NCBI RefSeq assembly: GCF_004010195.1
Contig: NC_057714.1
Location: 7,866,492-7,930,491, forward strand
Source of the DNA: Chiloscyllium plagiosum
Lineage: Eukaryota
Direction of reading: 5' to 3'
DNA: 64,000 nucleotides
Shown here: in pieces, positions 37,801 to 51,720 of the stretch
How the letters are laid out: the number at the start of each line of letters is the position of its first letter
Numbering within the stretch: the first letter of the stretch is position 1
The notes under the pieces: model-generated
The model's database searches: none
Told to the model about the DNA's origin: nothing
The model's input: the letters and a program-made list of their open reading frames with translations, nothing else
Program-made: the position numbers and the translations under genes

Positions 37801-40499
37801 TCACTTTTCGGTCACTTCCAAACTTAGCTTAGCGTATCCCTTACGAAATCTCATTTCATTGAATAAAATCTTTTGTTTTGTTTCCCGTGTTGAAGTCCAA
37901 TAAACGCACAGTTGTGCAGCTCTGTGGGATGTGGTGCAAGCTTGCTCGAAGATGTATCTTCGAAATGTGCCATTTTATTTGTTTTATTTTGTTTGTGAGT
38001 TGGACACCGGCTGTTATAACCATATGCCCCAGATAGAATGGGAAAACAATCACATTTTCATCATGGTACAATCTATCTGATAAATCCTGAGCCGTGCTGA
38101 TGGATTCAGTCGGTAAATGAAGAAATTATGACACTCCTTATCATCTAAACTACTGACTTGCTGTTCGGAGGAGAATTTAAACTGGTAAAGTCTAATTTCT
38201 GATTTATTAAACCGCCAAACAAATCTTCACTCCATGCTTCATAACTTGGTTAATCTTTTTTTTATGTAAAACCGATTTCCTAATCGCTAAATTTTCTAAA
38301 GTATAAATTTGATATAAGCTCTTAAATATACACGTTTTGGAAATGTCGTAAAATGCGTTAACATTGCCTTTCGCTTTAAAATGGCTGTAAATCTACCATA
38401 GTAGTAAAAATGTCAAATGTACACGCAGGCGAGGTAACACTTGGGGGTCCTGGCTTCATCGCTGTTTATTATGAAAAAAAGACTACAGAGACGAATGAAC
38501 TGCATTCGCTGTTCTGAAGCTATGCCTTTTACTTATGCGAAAAGAACCTTTGTTTTCCATTTTTTTCGCAACATGTTTCAATACATACATTGGTCCAGAT
38601 AATACTCGACAGCGCTATTTGAAGCCAAGTTACAGGAAAACGATGCACACACCATTGCCTGTCAAACAGAAGAGAACAGCAAATTTTAGAAGTTAAAATT
38701 TTATGAGACTTTCTTTTAGCGAAAATAAAGTTTTCTTTTAGCAAAATCAGTCGAATCGGTCCAAGACATAAAACTTTCGTAACAATTTATAGTATGAAGA
38801 ATGTAAATATAAATAGTTACACAAGATTTTCTTGGAGAATGAAATAAAACATTAAGACTAATCCCATGCAGATTTTCCTGCAAAGCCCCTTTGTATAGTG
38901 AGTAGTGGAAATGCACATCTGTTAATTGCACTGAGAATCAATTAATTTTGTTCCTGGATACTTAGTTGAAAGTATTCAAATGGTCGGTCATACTAAGCAG
39001 CAAAACTGGATTGGTTAGAATATGTATCCCACAACGATGTATTATAACGGCAGGAGACGGTTCATTCTAATTAAATATTAGATTCTGTGTCCAGATATAG
39101 AATATCGTCTAAATATTGTAAGAGGGTGTGAAGATGCACCCTTGATTGACAAGAACTCATGTTGTGAATCGGTTACGTTACGGGAAGAAGGCATAATGCA
39201 TATGGCTACTTTTTTGAAAGAAAATAACGTACAGTGCACCTAAATCGTCATTGTTCTATTTAGCCAAATTGATACTGCGCAACCTTTGAGTTGGATATTA
39301 ATTCCAAACTAAAAACGTTTTAAAACTTTATTCACTTTAACTAATCTAGCAAGCTAATTAGTTTTTTTAAGGACAGGTTAGTTTTGCTTCTTGAGAATTG
39401 AAATGAACATTCGAAAGCTTTATCAATCTTGTTGGAGTTTTTGTGCTTTGGAAACGGGTTGCAATTTTTGATATAATAAACTGTACTAGAAGCAGATTAA
39501 ATGTAAAGGTGCAACAGAATCATTTGAAATCTAATTGATACATTTAATATTTATTTATACAGGGGGTTGAAAGGAAGTTTTGCTAGCAATTTCAAATGTA
39601 CAATGGAAAGAAAAGGTCACTGGATGTCTTAAAATAGAGTTTGTATTCAAATGAATCGTTTTACAGAGTATTTGTGATTGCTGTATTTTTCAAAGATGAT
39701 GCGAATGATATCTGCTAAATTTGGTATCTCAGACATCAAAATATTCGTTATTTTATGCAAATCAATTTTATAGCGTCTGAAAAACTAACAGGAGAATATT
39801 TCATTAAATAAGCCATATTACAATCGAACAATTAAACAGTAATATATTTTAAGCAAGATTTATTAGGCTAAAAATCTCAATTGATTATATAACATTTACG
39901 CAGTATATACATCTGCAGTAAAGGGAGAAAATCCTCTACTGCTGCCTTAGTAATTTAACTCTTCAGTATATACTTTGAATTCATATGAGCCCCTGCAAAA
40001 GGTTTTCGCTTTTATCTGGGACTTTAAAATGCTTGTGTTTCATTGAAACAAACCAAGAATTTTCGCAATTTTATGAAAATTCTTCTTGCAAGCGATGAAC
40101 ATTAGAATGCCTTTGACAGCATCCTTGCACTAAAATGGACAAGCGTGTGCAATGAACTCTGGTAATTATTGTCCCAACTGTCTTCGTTCCCCCCCACGAG
40201 AATGTTCTGAAGCAATTTATTTTGTACAGAAGCATTCTTCTAAAAGAGTAAACTATTTCAAACAGTAGCGGATCTCTATTGAACACCATCTTCTGATGGT
40301 TTCTGCGTCAAACATGTATTTGCAAAATTTGCATTCGATAAAACATCATAACATCATTGTCCATTTTGGACGATTTTAAAATGAGCGTTTTCCTGATTGT
40401 TCCAAATTTTCCCTTTTTATGCAATAGCATAATTTCAGGGGAAACGAGATTTTGAATGATAATATGGAATTTTTGACTGGACTCCATGCATTCATCATT

Positions 40500-40657
40500 G
40501 GTGTATTTCCTTATCCGGGACCCACAGGCAATCACCCCATTGGCTGTTTGCATCACATGAACAGCTAACTTTATACACTTGACAGCAAGTAGGAGGGTTT
40601 TATGGAACAGAAAAACGACAACGCGAGAAAAATTAGTATTTTGCACTTCAGAAATTA
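40500..40657 (+). promoter_or_regulatory. HoxA4 promoter / conserved Hox4 leader
   Basis: ATTGG at 40539-40543 and TCACATG at 40553-40559. Followed by AGTAGGAGGGTTTTATGG..CAGAAAAACGACAACGCGAGAAAAATTAGTATTTTGCAC..CAGAAATTAATG, typical of Hox4 leaders. Confidence 0.85.
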
Positions 40658-41075
40658 ATGACCATGAGTTCGTTTTTGATAAACTCCAACTACGTTGAGC
40701 CAAAATTTCCACCTTGTGAGGAATATTCTCAAAATAACTACATACCAAGCCAATCTCCTGAATACTACGAGCGGCCGCGAGACCCTGGATTCCATCATGA
40801 GGCACTATACCCACAATCAAACTACCCAGAGCCGACCTACAGCTTCAACAATGTCCAAGGCACTGGCAACCAAGACATGTCGCAAAGGGGTCATGTGCAG
40901 TCGCAGGCTAGCCTCCAAAATCACATACCGAGACAGAATCAGCTTTGTGAAGTGGTCCCAGTAGCCACACCAGCTTTGTGTAGCCAGAACGCGAAAAATC
41001 CCAGTGCCCAGAAAGGTACTCTCAGCAAAGAACCCATAGTTTACCCGTGGATGAAGAAAATTCACGTTACAACCG
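40658..41075 (+). CDS. HOXA4: Homeobox protein Hox-A4, exon 1
   Basis: MTMSSFLINSNYVEPKFPPCEEYSQ...KEPIVYPWMKKIHV. Donor CCG|GTAAGT at 41076. Confidence 0.97.
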
Positions 41076-41151
41076 GTAAGTAAGTAAAGCTAACTGAAAC
41101 AATTAAAATTCAATTGAAGTCGGATGTGCGGAACCCTTTCTGTAACTAGTC

Positions 41152-41220
41152 CTTTCATGAGATTTACGATCACCTAACTGTTAGGTCGGTAATTACAGCG
41201 CCCATAAATTTCATTGCCCT
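41152..41220. promoter_or_regulatory. HB1 element in HoxA4 intron
   Basis: GATTTACGATC...GGTAATTACAG..CCCATAAATTTCATTGCC matches the recalled Hox4 intronic HB1 arrangement. Confidence 0.75.
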
Positions 41221-41426
41221 GGATCTTGCTCCTGGCCATGTGTCTTTGATGCTTTTCTAACCTAAATATCCAGAGCCATTTTATTGCAGTAGATTGTACG
41301 CCTTTGTCAGAACACTTAGAGAAAAAAAGTATTGTCTTTTAGAATCTTCATTCACGTGCATCTAATCCCATTATCAGATTCGTGGCTGTGTCTGTATTTA
41401 TGTTTGGATACTTTTGTTTTGTTCAG

Positions 41427-41752
41427 TGAACCCAAATTACACTGGAGGAGAGCCCAAACGGTCTCGAACTGCTTACACGAGACAACAAGTATTAGAGCTG
41501 GAAAAGGAGTTCCATTTTAACCGTTACCTAACCAGGCGTCGACGCATTGAGATTGCACACACTCTTTGCCTGTCTGAACGCCAGGTGAAGATCTGGTTTC
41601 AGAACAGAAGGATGAAATGGAAGAAAGATCATAAACTGCCTAACACTAAGATGCGTTCTGCTAGCTCATCATCTTCTACAAGCCAGCAAACACAAGTATC
41701 CTCCCAGGGCCCACAGCCAGATGGTTCAGCACCAAATTCATCAAGTCTATAG
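41427..41752 (+). CDS. HOXA4: Homeobox protein Hox-A4, exon 2; spliced protein 247 aa
   Basis: Acceptor TTTGTTCAG to 41426. Encodes [29 protein letters not shown]...[16 protein letters not shown] at 41750-41752. Confidence 0.98.
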
Positions 41753-44380
41753 CTGCTTCGTCTCTCCAACCCCTCTCCCACAACATAGTTTGGACCAAAA
41801 TGTGTTTGCCACATTACTGACTTGAATGAGGTGGGATTTCTTGCAGCGATATTTTTCCAGGGTAGGTGCTGTTAACCCCAAAAGGGACAAGCATTACTGT
41901 TCTGTTAACCCATTCCCTGCAGACTTTTAAAGTGTTTTCTGTTTGATAGGATACGTTCGGTATCCTTCATTACCTCCACATGAACTGATATAAGGTTCTG
42001 TCAAAGTGGCTTCTTCCATGATATTCAAAGCAAAAAGAAAAAAAAGGACAGTGAATAATAGATATTGTGAGGAACTGTAAGCGTCATAATCACAACTAGT
42101 GTAGTCTGTTGGAATATTTGTGAGAATTTAAGAATAAATCTGTTTTAGAAAATGAGAAAGGCAGCAATATGTGTGGATGTGGAACCTGGTTTTAGAGCAA
42201 ATAAACTGTCCAGATGCTACATATATAGGAAATAAATTATGTCGCCAGCGCTATTTAAGGTGTTTTTATTTTAAACCTGTATTCTCTATATAGTCGTGTT
42301 ACTGATATCACGAATGTGCAAGGATCTTATACAGAGATTTCAAATGAGTGGTTGTATATTTAACAATTTTGGTACAGTCCAAACTGTGACGAAACCATAC
42401 AAATCATTGGTAAGATTTGTGTATTTTTCTGTGGATATTTCAGTGTGCTATGTGCAGTGCCAAATGTTGCTAAAACGAAAGACAAAAATTGCAGTGTAAA
42501 ATCAAGCCACAGGCTTTAAATAAAATGTTAATTCGTGGACCAGCTCAGCTTTTATGTGTACAAATTACTTCCAGTCAGGATTTAGCGAACGCAGAGCGAA
42601 TTATTTTCTCGAATCCATAATGGGACTATGCGTTTAACAGATTTACTTTCAGTACATTTTTGCTCACATTCTTATTTTCAAAATAAAACCTTTTAACTCC
42701 TCCCCCCAGGTCCCTCAACAACCTCTCCCGCTGCCCCCACTCCCTCCCCCTTCACATTCACACGCAGCAAAATATTTTGCGTGGTTCTGAAGAATAACTG
42801 GGCGAAAGAGGATAAATTACTACATGGATCTACAATTCATCTTTCTACAGCCTCTCCACATCAAGTTCTACGTCACCGAGTCGTAAATAATGCAGTAAAA
42901 TGTGAAGCTATCAAATAATAAGTCATCGATAAGGTGGTAAACCCATTTTTTTATGGCCATAGACTCAACATTTCTGATCCCGAAATAAAATGTAATTATG
43001 TGGGATTATTTTTAATTTCACTTTGCATTCTGTTGTGCTTTCTCATGCATTACATAATGGAATGTGGCAACTGCATTTTAAATATAAAAATGCAATCATT
43101 GTTTGCTTTATTACACTTAATAATGGCTGATAAACTATAAATTGCAAGACTAAATATTCCAATATATACTTTGACTTCATTTTGTTAATCTTAGGGGAAG
43201 GGCGTTGAACAATTAAGCAAGAGTTACTACACAGAACATAAAATTGTAACTCGTGACTTTCGTGACTTCAAACATTATGAAGGATGATAGTTCTATTATG
43301 ATCTATTTTATTGATTGCTAAAAGACAGCACAAGCATCAGACTTCCTAGGGAAATGAAACAGCACATTGGAGGTTTTATCGTGTAAGAAGCAATGGACTT
43401 CTTCAAAAACATATTATTGATTTTGATACATCTGTATGACCCAGCAACATTTAATGCTCACAGCAGAAAAATTCGTTCATGTCTATCTTTTTCCTCTTGG
43501 AAATTTTTAGCATAGTAAATACAAACATAGAATTGAGAAGAACACACTACGATAGCGGCGGGGAAAATATACATATTGGCTACATTTTCTTCTAAAACTT
43601 GTTTAAAACTGAAGTACACTATAATAAACCAAAATTTTTCACAAAAATGTTTTGTCAACTTTCGATAGGGAGTATACGAAAATCGACTCCGTTTCCATAT
43701 CTCCTTTAGAAAAAAGAATATATTTTGCTACCCAGAATTGTTGCGCTTTTACAAATGACAAACAAAAACTGCTCACATTATCAGACACAGACGGTTTTAA
43801 ATATGTTTTGTATTGCGGTTTAAGAGGACTGCAAAAGTATATAGAAAGACAAAGAATCGCACGATGAGAAACTTCACCCCCATTAGGCAGTCGTGCTTGC
43901 TTATCTGTAAAAGGAATTTTAAACAGATTGAAAATACCAGATTTTGCTCGGAATCATTAATCACCTCATTCAATAAATACTTCTTTGTATACTTCAACAG
44001 CAAGTCTGAAGGGCGTTCTTTTGGAAAAGTGTGTGGACACATTGGATTCTCCTGAATAAAATGTGGCCATCTCGACGAACACCATTTTTCCCCACTTGGA
44101 GCAGTCCTGGAGTCTCTTGCTGGACCATTTTTATTACCACAGAAAATTATACGTACGTTATCTGAAGTAAAGGGTAATTATTACCTTCAAGCCTGTTTTG
44201 GAAAGGGCAAGTTTACTAAAACTTACCCTTTATATGGCAAAACTTTAGCTGTGTTCAGCAAATGAAAACCCTTTTGCATCTTTACTTCCTTTCTCTTTGA
44301 TGTTTGTAGTTTATTGTAAATCGAACGGTCTTTTGTAATAAAAAGTTGCATTGTTTGTCAACGGCTGGGCAACCAGAGTG

Positions 44381-44397
44381 AGTTCACCGAGAGGACA
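44381..44397 (+). promoter_or_regulatory. Hox4 3' neural enhancer DR5 RARE
   Basis: AGTTCA-ccgag-AGGACA has the sequence and position recalled for the Hoxa4/Hoxd4 3' RARE. Confidence 0.85.
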
Positions 44398-45649
44398 GAT
44401 TTTCTGACCGATTAGCCGCTTTTAGCGGTGCAGACTGACCCCTCAAACCCTTGACCTTTAAAAAAGGTCTCTTTCTACCATTTCCTACGCCTACAGATAG
44501 GGGTTAAAAATGTACCTTGTTTAAAACAAAACTTACAAAAATATCCAAATAACATATCCTGGAAACTCGTATTTAAGTTTATGGTGATAATGAGTGAAAA
44601 GGTTTTCTAAATATAGTGTATCTATACATATATAACTAATTTATAGAGTACATTTTATTCTATGGTAATTGTCTGCGTAAAAGAGTATTTGGTGATAATT
44701 TATTCGTAAGCTGCAAAAGTCTAACACAATTCTTGTGCTTAGTGAGAAACAATGTTTGTTTTAGGTCGTTTGGTTAATAACGTTTTGTAGCTAATTGTTG
44801 GTATCATCTAAAAGAATGGTTCAAATCCTTCCCTTGTTACAGTGAGATAATACATCCATTAAGAAGGCTCTTTTTTTCTGATTATTGAACAGAGAAGTAA
44901 CTAGTAGGTTTTGCATCAAATATAAGATTGCTTTTCAGGAACAATATGTGTGCGTGTAGTTCTTTGTGGCCGGAATTTTGGAAATTTATTGGTAATTGCT
45001 TTAATAAACAAATATGCAATAATTTCTGTTTTGTTGATTAGAACTATGTACACGCATATGAAAATGTATTATTTCGGCAAAGTCAAACACGACAATTTGA
45101 GTTTAAAGCTCATCTAAGACAATAAGCGAAATTGTCACCAACCATAACATTCACTGGGTCTATTTCTAATCAACTGTACAACATCATGTTCGTTGTCTAT
45201 GCAGTATGTTAATCAAGGGGTCGCAAATACCAGACACGATACAAAAACTAATACACATTTGAGTGGTATAATAAAGAATCGACTGTGGCTAGTAAGGGTC
45301 GATTTAGTGTCAAATTTAGCAGCCTCTGGGGGATGTAAAGGCATATATGAAAGAGTTGGTCTTACATGTGACTGTTATATATGCGGGGTACTGTAACAGT
45401 GAGCTCAATATCAAAATGTCAGGCAGACAATAAAGACAGCTTGAAGAAATGCCCAAGAATATTGGACTGAGGCAGTTCGAACTATAGGTGACACAAATGG
45501 CAGACCTGTCAAACAAGGGATCAGTCCAGGCCAGTCATTTTTGCATTATCACTTACCAGCAAGCATCCAAAGACTAAAAGAAAACCAGAGCAAAAAGATT
45601 CAACTAGGAAGGGAAGCAAAAAGAAAAAAAAAACCTCCACTCTCCAAGA

Positions 45650-45875
45650 TAAAGGGTCACGCGTCTCCTCTGTGTATGTATTGAAATTTTAATCTCCCCA
45701 GTCACGTGACTCATTAAATAATTAATGCAGCCGGTCCGGAATAGATATGTAGTCGTCAGTATTCGCACTAGATCTGTTTCAGTCTGATGTGAAAATGAAC
45801 TTTGCTTAAATATAAGTCTATATTTGGAAGACCTGTCTGAGAAAAGGAAGAGGCGCAAATCAGACACGAGTTGTG
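45650..45875 (+). promoter_or_regulatory. Alternative HoxA3 promoter and first exon
   Basis: GGTCACGCGT, palindromic GTCACGTGAC and CATTAAATAATTAATG, followed by donor GTG|GTGAGT at 45876. Confidence 0.6.
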
Positions 45876-48800
45876 GTGAGTAGTTTCTTCATGATGCGTG
45901 TTTTATTCTATGTTTTTACAGTATTTTTATTTCTTAATACTGTCATAAATGTGATGAATAGCGCCCTTTAGTATTCAGATTTAAATCACGGCATGTCTGT
46001 GATGGTGTTTAGTCAGTCTCTCGCGTGTCAGTAATATTTTAGATTTTTTCATGATTAATTGCAACAAATACAAACACATATGATGATGTTCTAGTTCACA
46101 GTATGTATGCCTGGATACCACGGTGTAGCTGTGCTGCTTTGTTCAATTTTCCTGTCGTTAATAAATCACCATCTCTTACATGCGCAGGGCTGAGAGGCAA
46201 CTGTAGACACCAGCATTTGGAAATGAAGAGGCATAAGCTAAATTCCTCTATGATTCATTAATTTGAGCGATTTACAATAAGTGGCAGAGTTATGATGCTC
46301 CAGCAAATGCACTAACATATGTAATTTCGAGTAAAGTGAAACACTTATTCTAGTTATATACTATTTTTCTGGTATATGGAAATAATATGCAACCCTGAGC
46401 TGAACAAAATATACTAGACCAAATGGTGTAGACAAACACTTGTCTTTATTTTTGTGTTTTAGTACACATTTAATGATTCTCCTTATTGTCAAAATCTTGA
46501 TTTCCTTCATTTCCATTCTATTGCTGATATAAGCTCTGCACCCATTCGGATGAAAGGATACATTTGATCTTCCTAAAGATCTTGCTGCTATTTAATGGGT
46601 GCATTTGATGTTGATACCTGACCAAACTAGATCCAGGAATGTGCATTGTTTGCACTCATAATTAAGTACCATTCCTAATATTTACAATAAAAGATCATTA
46701 GTAAAAGTACATAGCGCTTAATTAAATGTCTCATCACTCCAGTCAAGTACATTATATTATTCTTACTATTGGCTATGATCAATCAAAACAAGATAATTGC
46801 AATAACACAGCGGCTGATACAATATCTTCAGCTTCCGGGCTGGCATTCCAATAAAACACGTCTGTAATTGGATCCATCTCCTAAAATAAGAGCAATACAA
46901 ATACATTATGAGTTACCAATTGGCAATAGATACGCGGTGCTTTTTTTGTTAACGACAATAAATGTGCTCCTTTTAGGTCTAGTCTGTCTCTGTCCAGAAT
47001 CAAGACTCGTTCCAGGATAGTCTAATTGGGCACTGAGGTGATATAAGAGTCCTAATTTAAAAGGTAAAACATTTTGCTTTGATTGCTGTGCTGAAATCAG
47101 ATGTCTGATTTCAGGTGGAGGCGATCTATTTTAGTGTAACAGGTGGTTTGGTGCTGCAGTTCATTGGAATCGGTGACCACCATATGAAAACGTAATTTAT
47201 TTTTTTCAACTTTGTTATAAGATGAGAGGTTCCGTGCACTCGGCAGAGCTGATTCCTTCCACGTTGAAATGTCTCACCCAGCTGCAAAAGGTAGTCATGG
47301 AGTCATTGGAAAGTGTCAGGTCGGTGGTTATTTAAAGAAACAAAAGGCGAGGGTAATCCCTTTGTTTGGGGTTCACAACAACCTCAAAGAATTCACTTCA
47401 GCTAGAAACATAAAGCTTGATTTATCTTAAACAGAATATCCATTATCATTTTGAAAGGAAAGACAACGTGCCCTGTGATTTTATCAAATGATATATCTTT
47501 CATTTTGAACTCTGTATGGATTTGAAACCTAAAATTAACTGGGGAGAAAATCATTAAGCATTTACTGTAATTGTATAGGGTATGTTAATTTGTTGTCATA
47601 CAGATTGCCAAAATAAAAGTGCTTGTAACCACATTTAAAGGCTGGTATGCTTTGTACAACCACCCACTTTATTTTCATAGGAACCAATGACACCTCAATG
47701 CACTCTTGCTCAAAGTCTGCATTTATAATGTTGTATCCAATATTATCCCACTTACTTTTACATATGAAGTTAACACCCGAATGTACAGCTATAAACAACA
47801 AAACATGTTGAAGAGGTCTGACACCCCTCGGTTCGAGATGAACGTAAATTATGTCAGTTGTCTTTGTTTTATTATTAGGAGACTGACAACGAAAATGCAA
47901 CTAAGAAGCATTCTCCCCGTTTCGTTTGTCCCATCTTTTTATTTTGTGTAAATGTCTGAACACACAGACTTTCCGATTTGATTTGATTTTAACGAAAGAC
48001 CAAAAACATTGTTTAGAAATAAATGATTCTTTTGTTGCGGTTTGCACATCTGAAATTCAGTTCAAATACAAGTTTTGTACAAATACGAGAAAGCATGTCA
48101 AAATGCAAATCACACCAAAATTTTATTAAACCTTTAATAAAATAAATAAGTTCTCAAGTAAGAATAGACCGGGGTTTGGAATGTGGGGTAAAACGGCAAA
48201 CACATCTCTAATTTCCCAACACTCCAGAACATTCAACAATACGTCGGTAAAAGTAACATTTTGTCGGCATTAAATAGTGTTGTTAGACTTTGTCAAGTCC
48301 CAGATTAGGAAGAGTGCTCAAATTTTCTGCTTAATTTAAAGTGCCGTTTGATAACTAGAGTCGTTTTATTGCGGAGTGCAATAAATTACCCAACCTTAAC
48401 GCTTTGTTGTGATGGGTTTGTCAATTGCACCCGTATACAAAAATGAGTTTATTACAGGGCCACTCTTAAAATGGAAATAAACAGGACTTTACTGATGCTT
48501 GGCTGGTTCGCTTTTCAGACAGTTTCTGAGTGAAGTTTATGTAATATAGATTAAAATAAAACAATTGTTTTACTGAGATCACTCCTCCATTGGAATGCTT
48601 TCTCATGCTCCGAGCACGATCAACGTCGGCCTAATTCTTACATCAGATCCTGTTTCTTTTTTAATCCCCAGACTCAGAGTCGAATTTTTCCAACTAAAGA
48701 GTTTATTGGTACAAAGGAGTAAATAAACAATATTTAGCCGTGCTTAAACAGTGAGAAAAATATTATTTTCTAATCCATAATTTTACGTTTGTTACGAATT

Positions 48801-49418
48801 TATATCTAAATAATGCCTAAAAAAATGAAGAGTAAAATGAATCGTGTAGCAATGATTAGTGCATAACGTGCAAATCCCATTTGTTCTACCATGCTGTTCG
48901 ATTTCAACCTTACCTTCGTAACGTAATGGGACTTAGCTCTCCTCAAGACTGGAGCAGCTGTTTCCTAAATCAACTCCGCATAAATGTACTGCCAGTTTGC
49001 AAGCATACTAGCCTAACAATGAACCACAGAAACTTTATTGTATGTGCGTAATAACCAGATTTGATCCAGATTCTGCTAACAATTATTTTTAAGTCACGTG
49101 AACGGATTCCATAAGGGTTTTCTTCCCCCTCGATTTGGCCCAGCTTGTTTGCCGGGCTCCTTTTCTCTCTCTCTCACTTTAATGCATACATCTCACCGAA
49201 AACCAGTACCCCCCGACATCTGCAGAAGCGTATAAGGCAAATAGTTTGTATTTGCAGGACGCTGAATCAGTAGGAAGGAGTGAAATTTCCTTCTCCTGAT
49301 GGTCTGATTTGAAAGGATTTTGCAGAAAGAGAAGCCGTCCAGAGTAAGCAGAGAGCAATAAAGTCAAAACAGCCGGATAGCCTGGAACATGTAGACTCTT
49401 CAGTGTGCATTGAAACTT

Positions 49419-49452
49419 CCCCCCCCCCCCCCCCCCCCCTCTCGCCTCCCCT
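49419..49452 (+). repeat. poly-C tract
   Basis: A run of about 21 C. Confidence 0.85.
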
Positions 49453-49994
49453 TGTAAAGCACATTACCAATTTCGCAGCAGGCTTTATCTGTCCTCTGAG
49501 GATGGTTTGGATTTTGCTGAATTCTCAGGTAAGCTGGAAGATTTATTTGTAGCTCTGTCTATTTGCACACAGGATAAACTCCTGTCCAATTTGTAATTTA
49601 TGGCACAAAACTTGACTCAAGTGAAATTATTTCTTATCGTCAAACCCGATAACCCTTTCTTTTCGAATTCTTCTATTCTTATAATGTTCATTTCCATTGT
49701 AGTTGTGTCCTGGAACATTTCAAGGTTGAACTTTGCCAATTTAAAGTTTGTACTAGAATTGTAACACCACAACTAAATCAAAATTAACCATTAGTCGCTA
49801 TAACAGGAAGACTAGTCAACTTTGGGCATTTCAGCCTCAAGCCTCTTTGAGCTGTGAGAGCGAATTATTGCTTTGATATGTTCCACTTGCCCAACAACAG
49901 TGACTTAAAGATTTCTTCCAACTTTAGCCTCTGAATAATTGATCTTGTCTCTGTTCCAAAGTTTCTTGCATATTTCAAAGAAACACGGTTTAAG

Positions 49995-50066
49995 TTTCTT
50001 TCTTTCTCTCTATCTATCTCTCTACCTATCTCTCTATCTATCTCCCTATCTATCTATCCATCTATA
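49995..50066 (+). repeat. (TCTA)n/(TC)n microsatellite
   Basis: Imperfect TCTA/TCTC tandem array. Confidence 0.85.
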
Positions 50067-50139
50067 GACATGCATATGCTTATCCATATGTGTATATATG
50101 TACGTGTGTATACGTTTACGTTAAATTATTTCAGCACTA

Positions 50140-50345
50140 AAATGACGAACTTCACTTCGTGCCGTTCATCAATTATTCATTAATGTTTTACGCTGTGCGT
50201 TGAAAGTTTAACTATGGCCTTTGTTAGGCCATTGCATGGATTTTGTTCAGAGGGAAATTGAAGAGTCTATAACCTTTCTGAAATTTGCTGACGTTGTGAG
50301 ACCAAATAACTCGCCTTACGTTTGTGTCCTGACACTTTGAATTTG
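50140..50345. promoter_or_regulatory. Hoxa3 rhombomere 5/6 enhancer (kreisler/MafB + Hox/Pbx + Meis)
   Basis: Large-Maf half site with AT-rich flank AAATTTGCTGACG (TGCTGAC at 50286-50292), TGACA at 50330, and CATCAATTATTCATTAAT at ~50167-50184. The layout resembles the described Hoxa3 KrA enhancer. Confidence 0.6.
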
Positions 50346-51659
50346 CTGTAATGATTACAACTTAACTCAGTTTATTATTCGTTATTCTAAGCTGTTCAAC
50401 TTAAACTTTGAACGCACATAACTTTTCCACAACTGCAGAACGCGACGCTTAAAAGAACGGTGATCATTTGCGGTGCTAAACAATATTTGCAAATAAAGGA
50501 AGTGCTTAAAAGAAACGTGCCTCTACTGGGTGCAGCATATTGTAGTGAATATTTGTGGAACAACTTTCAGAGATGTTCAAAAATTACAATAAATATCAGG
50601 AAGCAAAGGTGGAAAGGGCAGAACAAAATCTAAACGACAAAAAGAAGGATCCTTGCTCAAGGCAGAATGTCCACGAACAAGGCGTGATTTATAATTAAAT
50701 TTGAATTGAAGAATTTAGATGATGGACTTGGTAATTATGAATCTCTCACATGAATATATCGTTTGAATAACTTCAGGCATATAGAAATTGTGGGTGAATT
50801 AATATTAAATCCTCCGCACTTTCTGCTTGGCCCTAAACTTGCAATAAGTGTTGCACTAAAGTAGGGCACATCTCGTAGAGACACAACCCAGAAATTTCAA
50901 TTATATTCCACAGATACATTATGATTTTTTTTCATTATTGGTCCCTCATTACAATTAACATCTATTACATTGGAATCTGTTTTGCATTTCTCTTCCACAA
51001 GAAGTTCCACGCATCACTCAATTGGCAGAAAGCGTGTAAGCACAGATTTTGCATGAAGGTCCCTACAGACACGATTTACGATTCCACTGGAAAAGAAATC
51101 AGAATCGTTAGATCGCTGTCAAGTCCACTCCTCACCCCGTGCTACCCTCAGTAAAATCACCTATGCTTTCTGGGACACTGCTTTGTCTTTGTCAGGTAAT
51201 TATAAACCTTTTCTAGTTTGAATAACTAGCATGGTGTAACGTGTGGGTGTTGAGGAAGTCCAGTACAATAGCACGCTCTGAAAAGGGAGATTCGTGTGGA
51301 AGCTTAACCATTGTAGGGCTTCTCTGCTTATTTGGCTGTTCTGGTCGAAAATGTGAAGTGCTCCCTTCTTCATAGGTCGATTTAAACACCCATTCTGGGT
51401 TTTAATGTGTTACAAATAGCTATTCATCTGTTCCAAGTAGTTGAGCCTACAGTCTCCGGATTGGGGTCTTTTACACTATGAGATACAGACGACACAACTT
51501 ACCGTATCGTGGATTTCCTGCACAGAATTCTCGCGGAGCAACCTTCTGCAACGTCAACAAAACTCTACTTAAGAAACTTCCTAGGTTTTGTTGGGTAAAA
51601 AGTTAGGTTTTGCTTGAAAAAGGTGCTCCTTTAATTATCTCCCAAATTCAAATAAAAGG

Positions 51660-51720
51660 ATTTAAGTTGACGTATGACCACGTGAGCACATAATACAGCG
51701 CATTATTGTGGCATTTGGAT
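51660..51720. promoter_or_regulatory. Internal E-box/CRE-like promoter between HoxA4 and HoxA3
   Basis: TGACGTATGACCACGTGAGC...GCGCATTATTGTGGC, with CACGTG at 51679-51684. Confidence 0.5.

Noticed and set aside
39960-39988. TCTTCAGTATATAC similar to the 5' flank of pre-miR-10a, ~0.7 kb upstream of HoxA4
   Set aside because: The position is suggestive of a miR-10 relic, but the mature sequence and hairpin are absent. The match is too short and AT-rich to support.
40308-40820. 170-aa minus-strand ORF and other antisense or alternate-frame ORFs over Hox exons
   Set aside because: These are shadow ORFs of real coding or conserved sequence with no recognisable domain.
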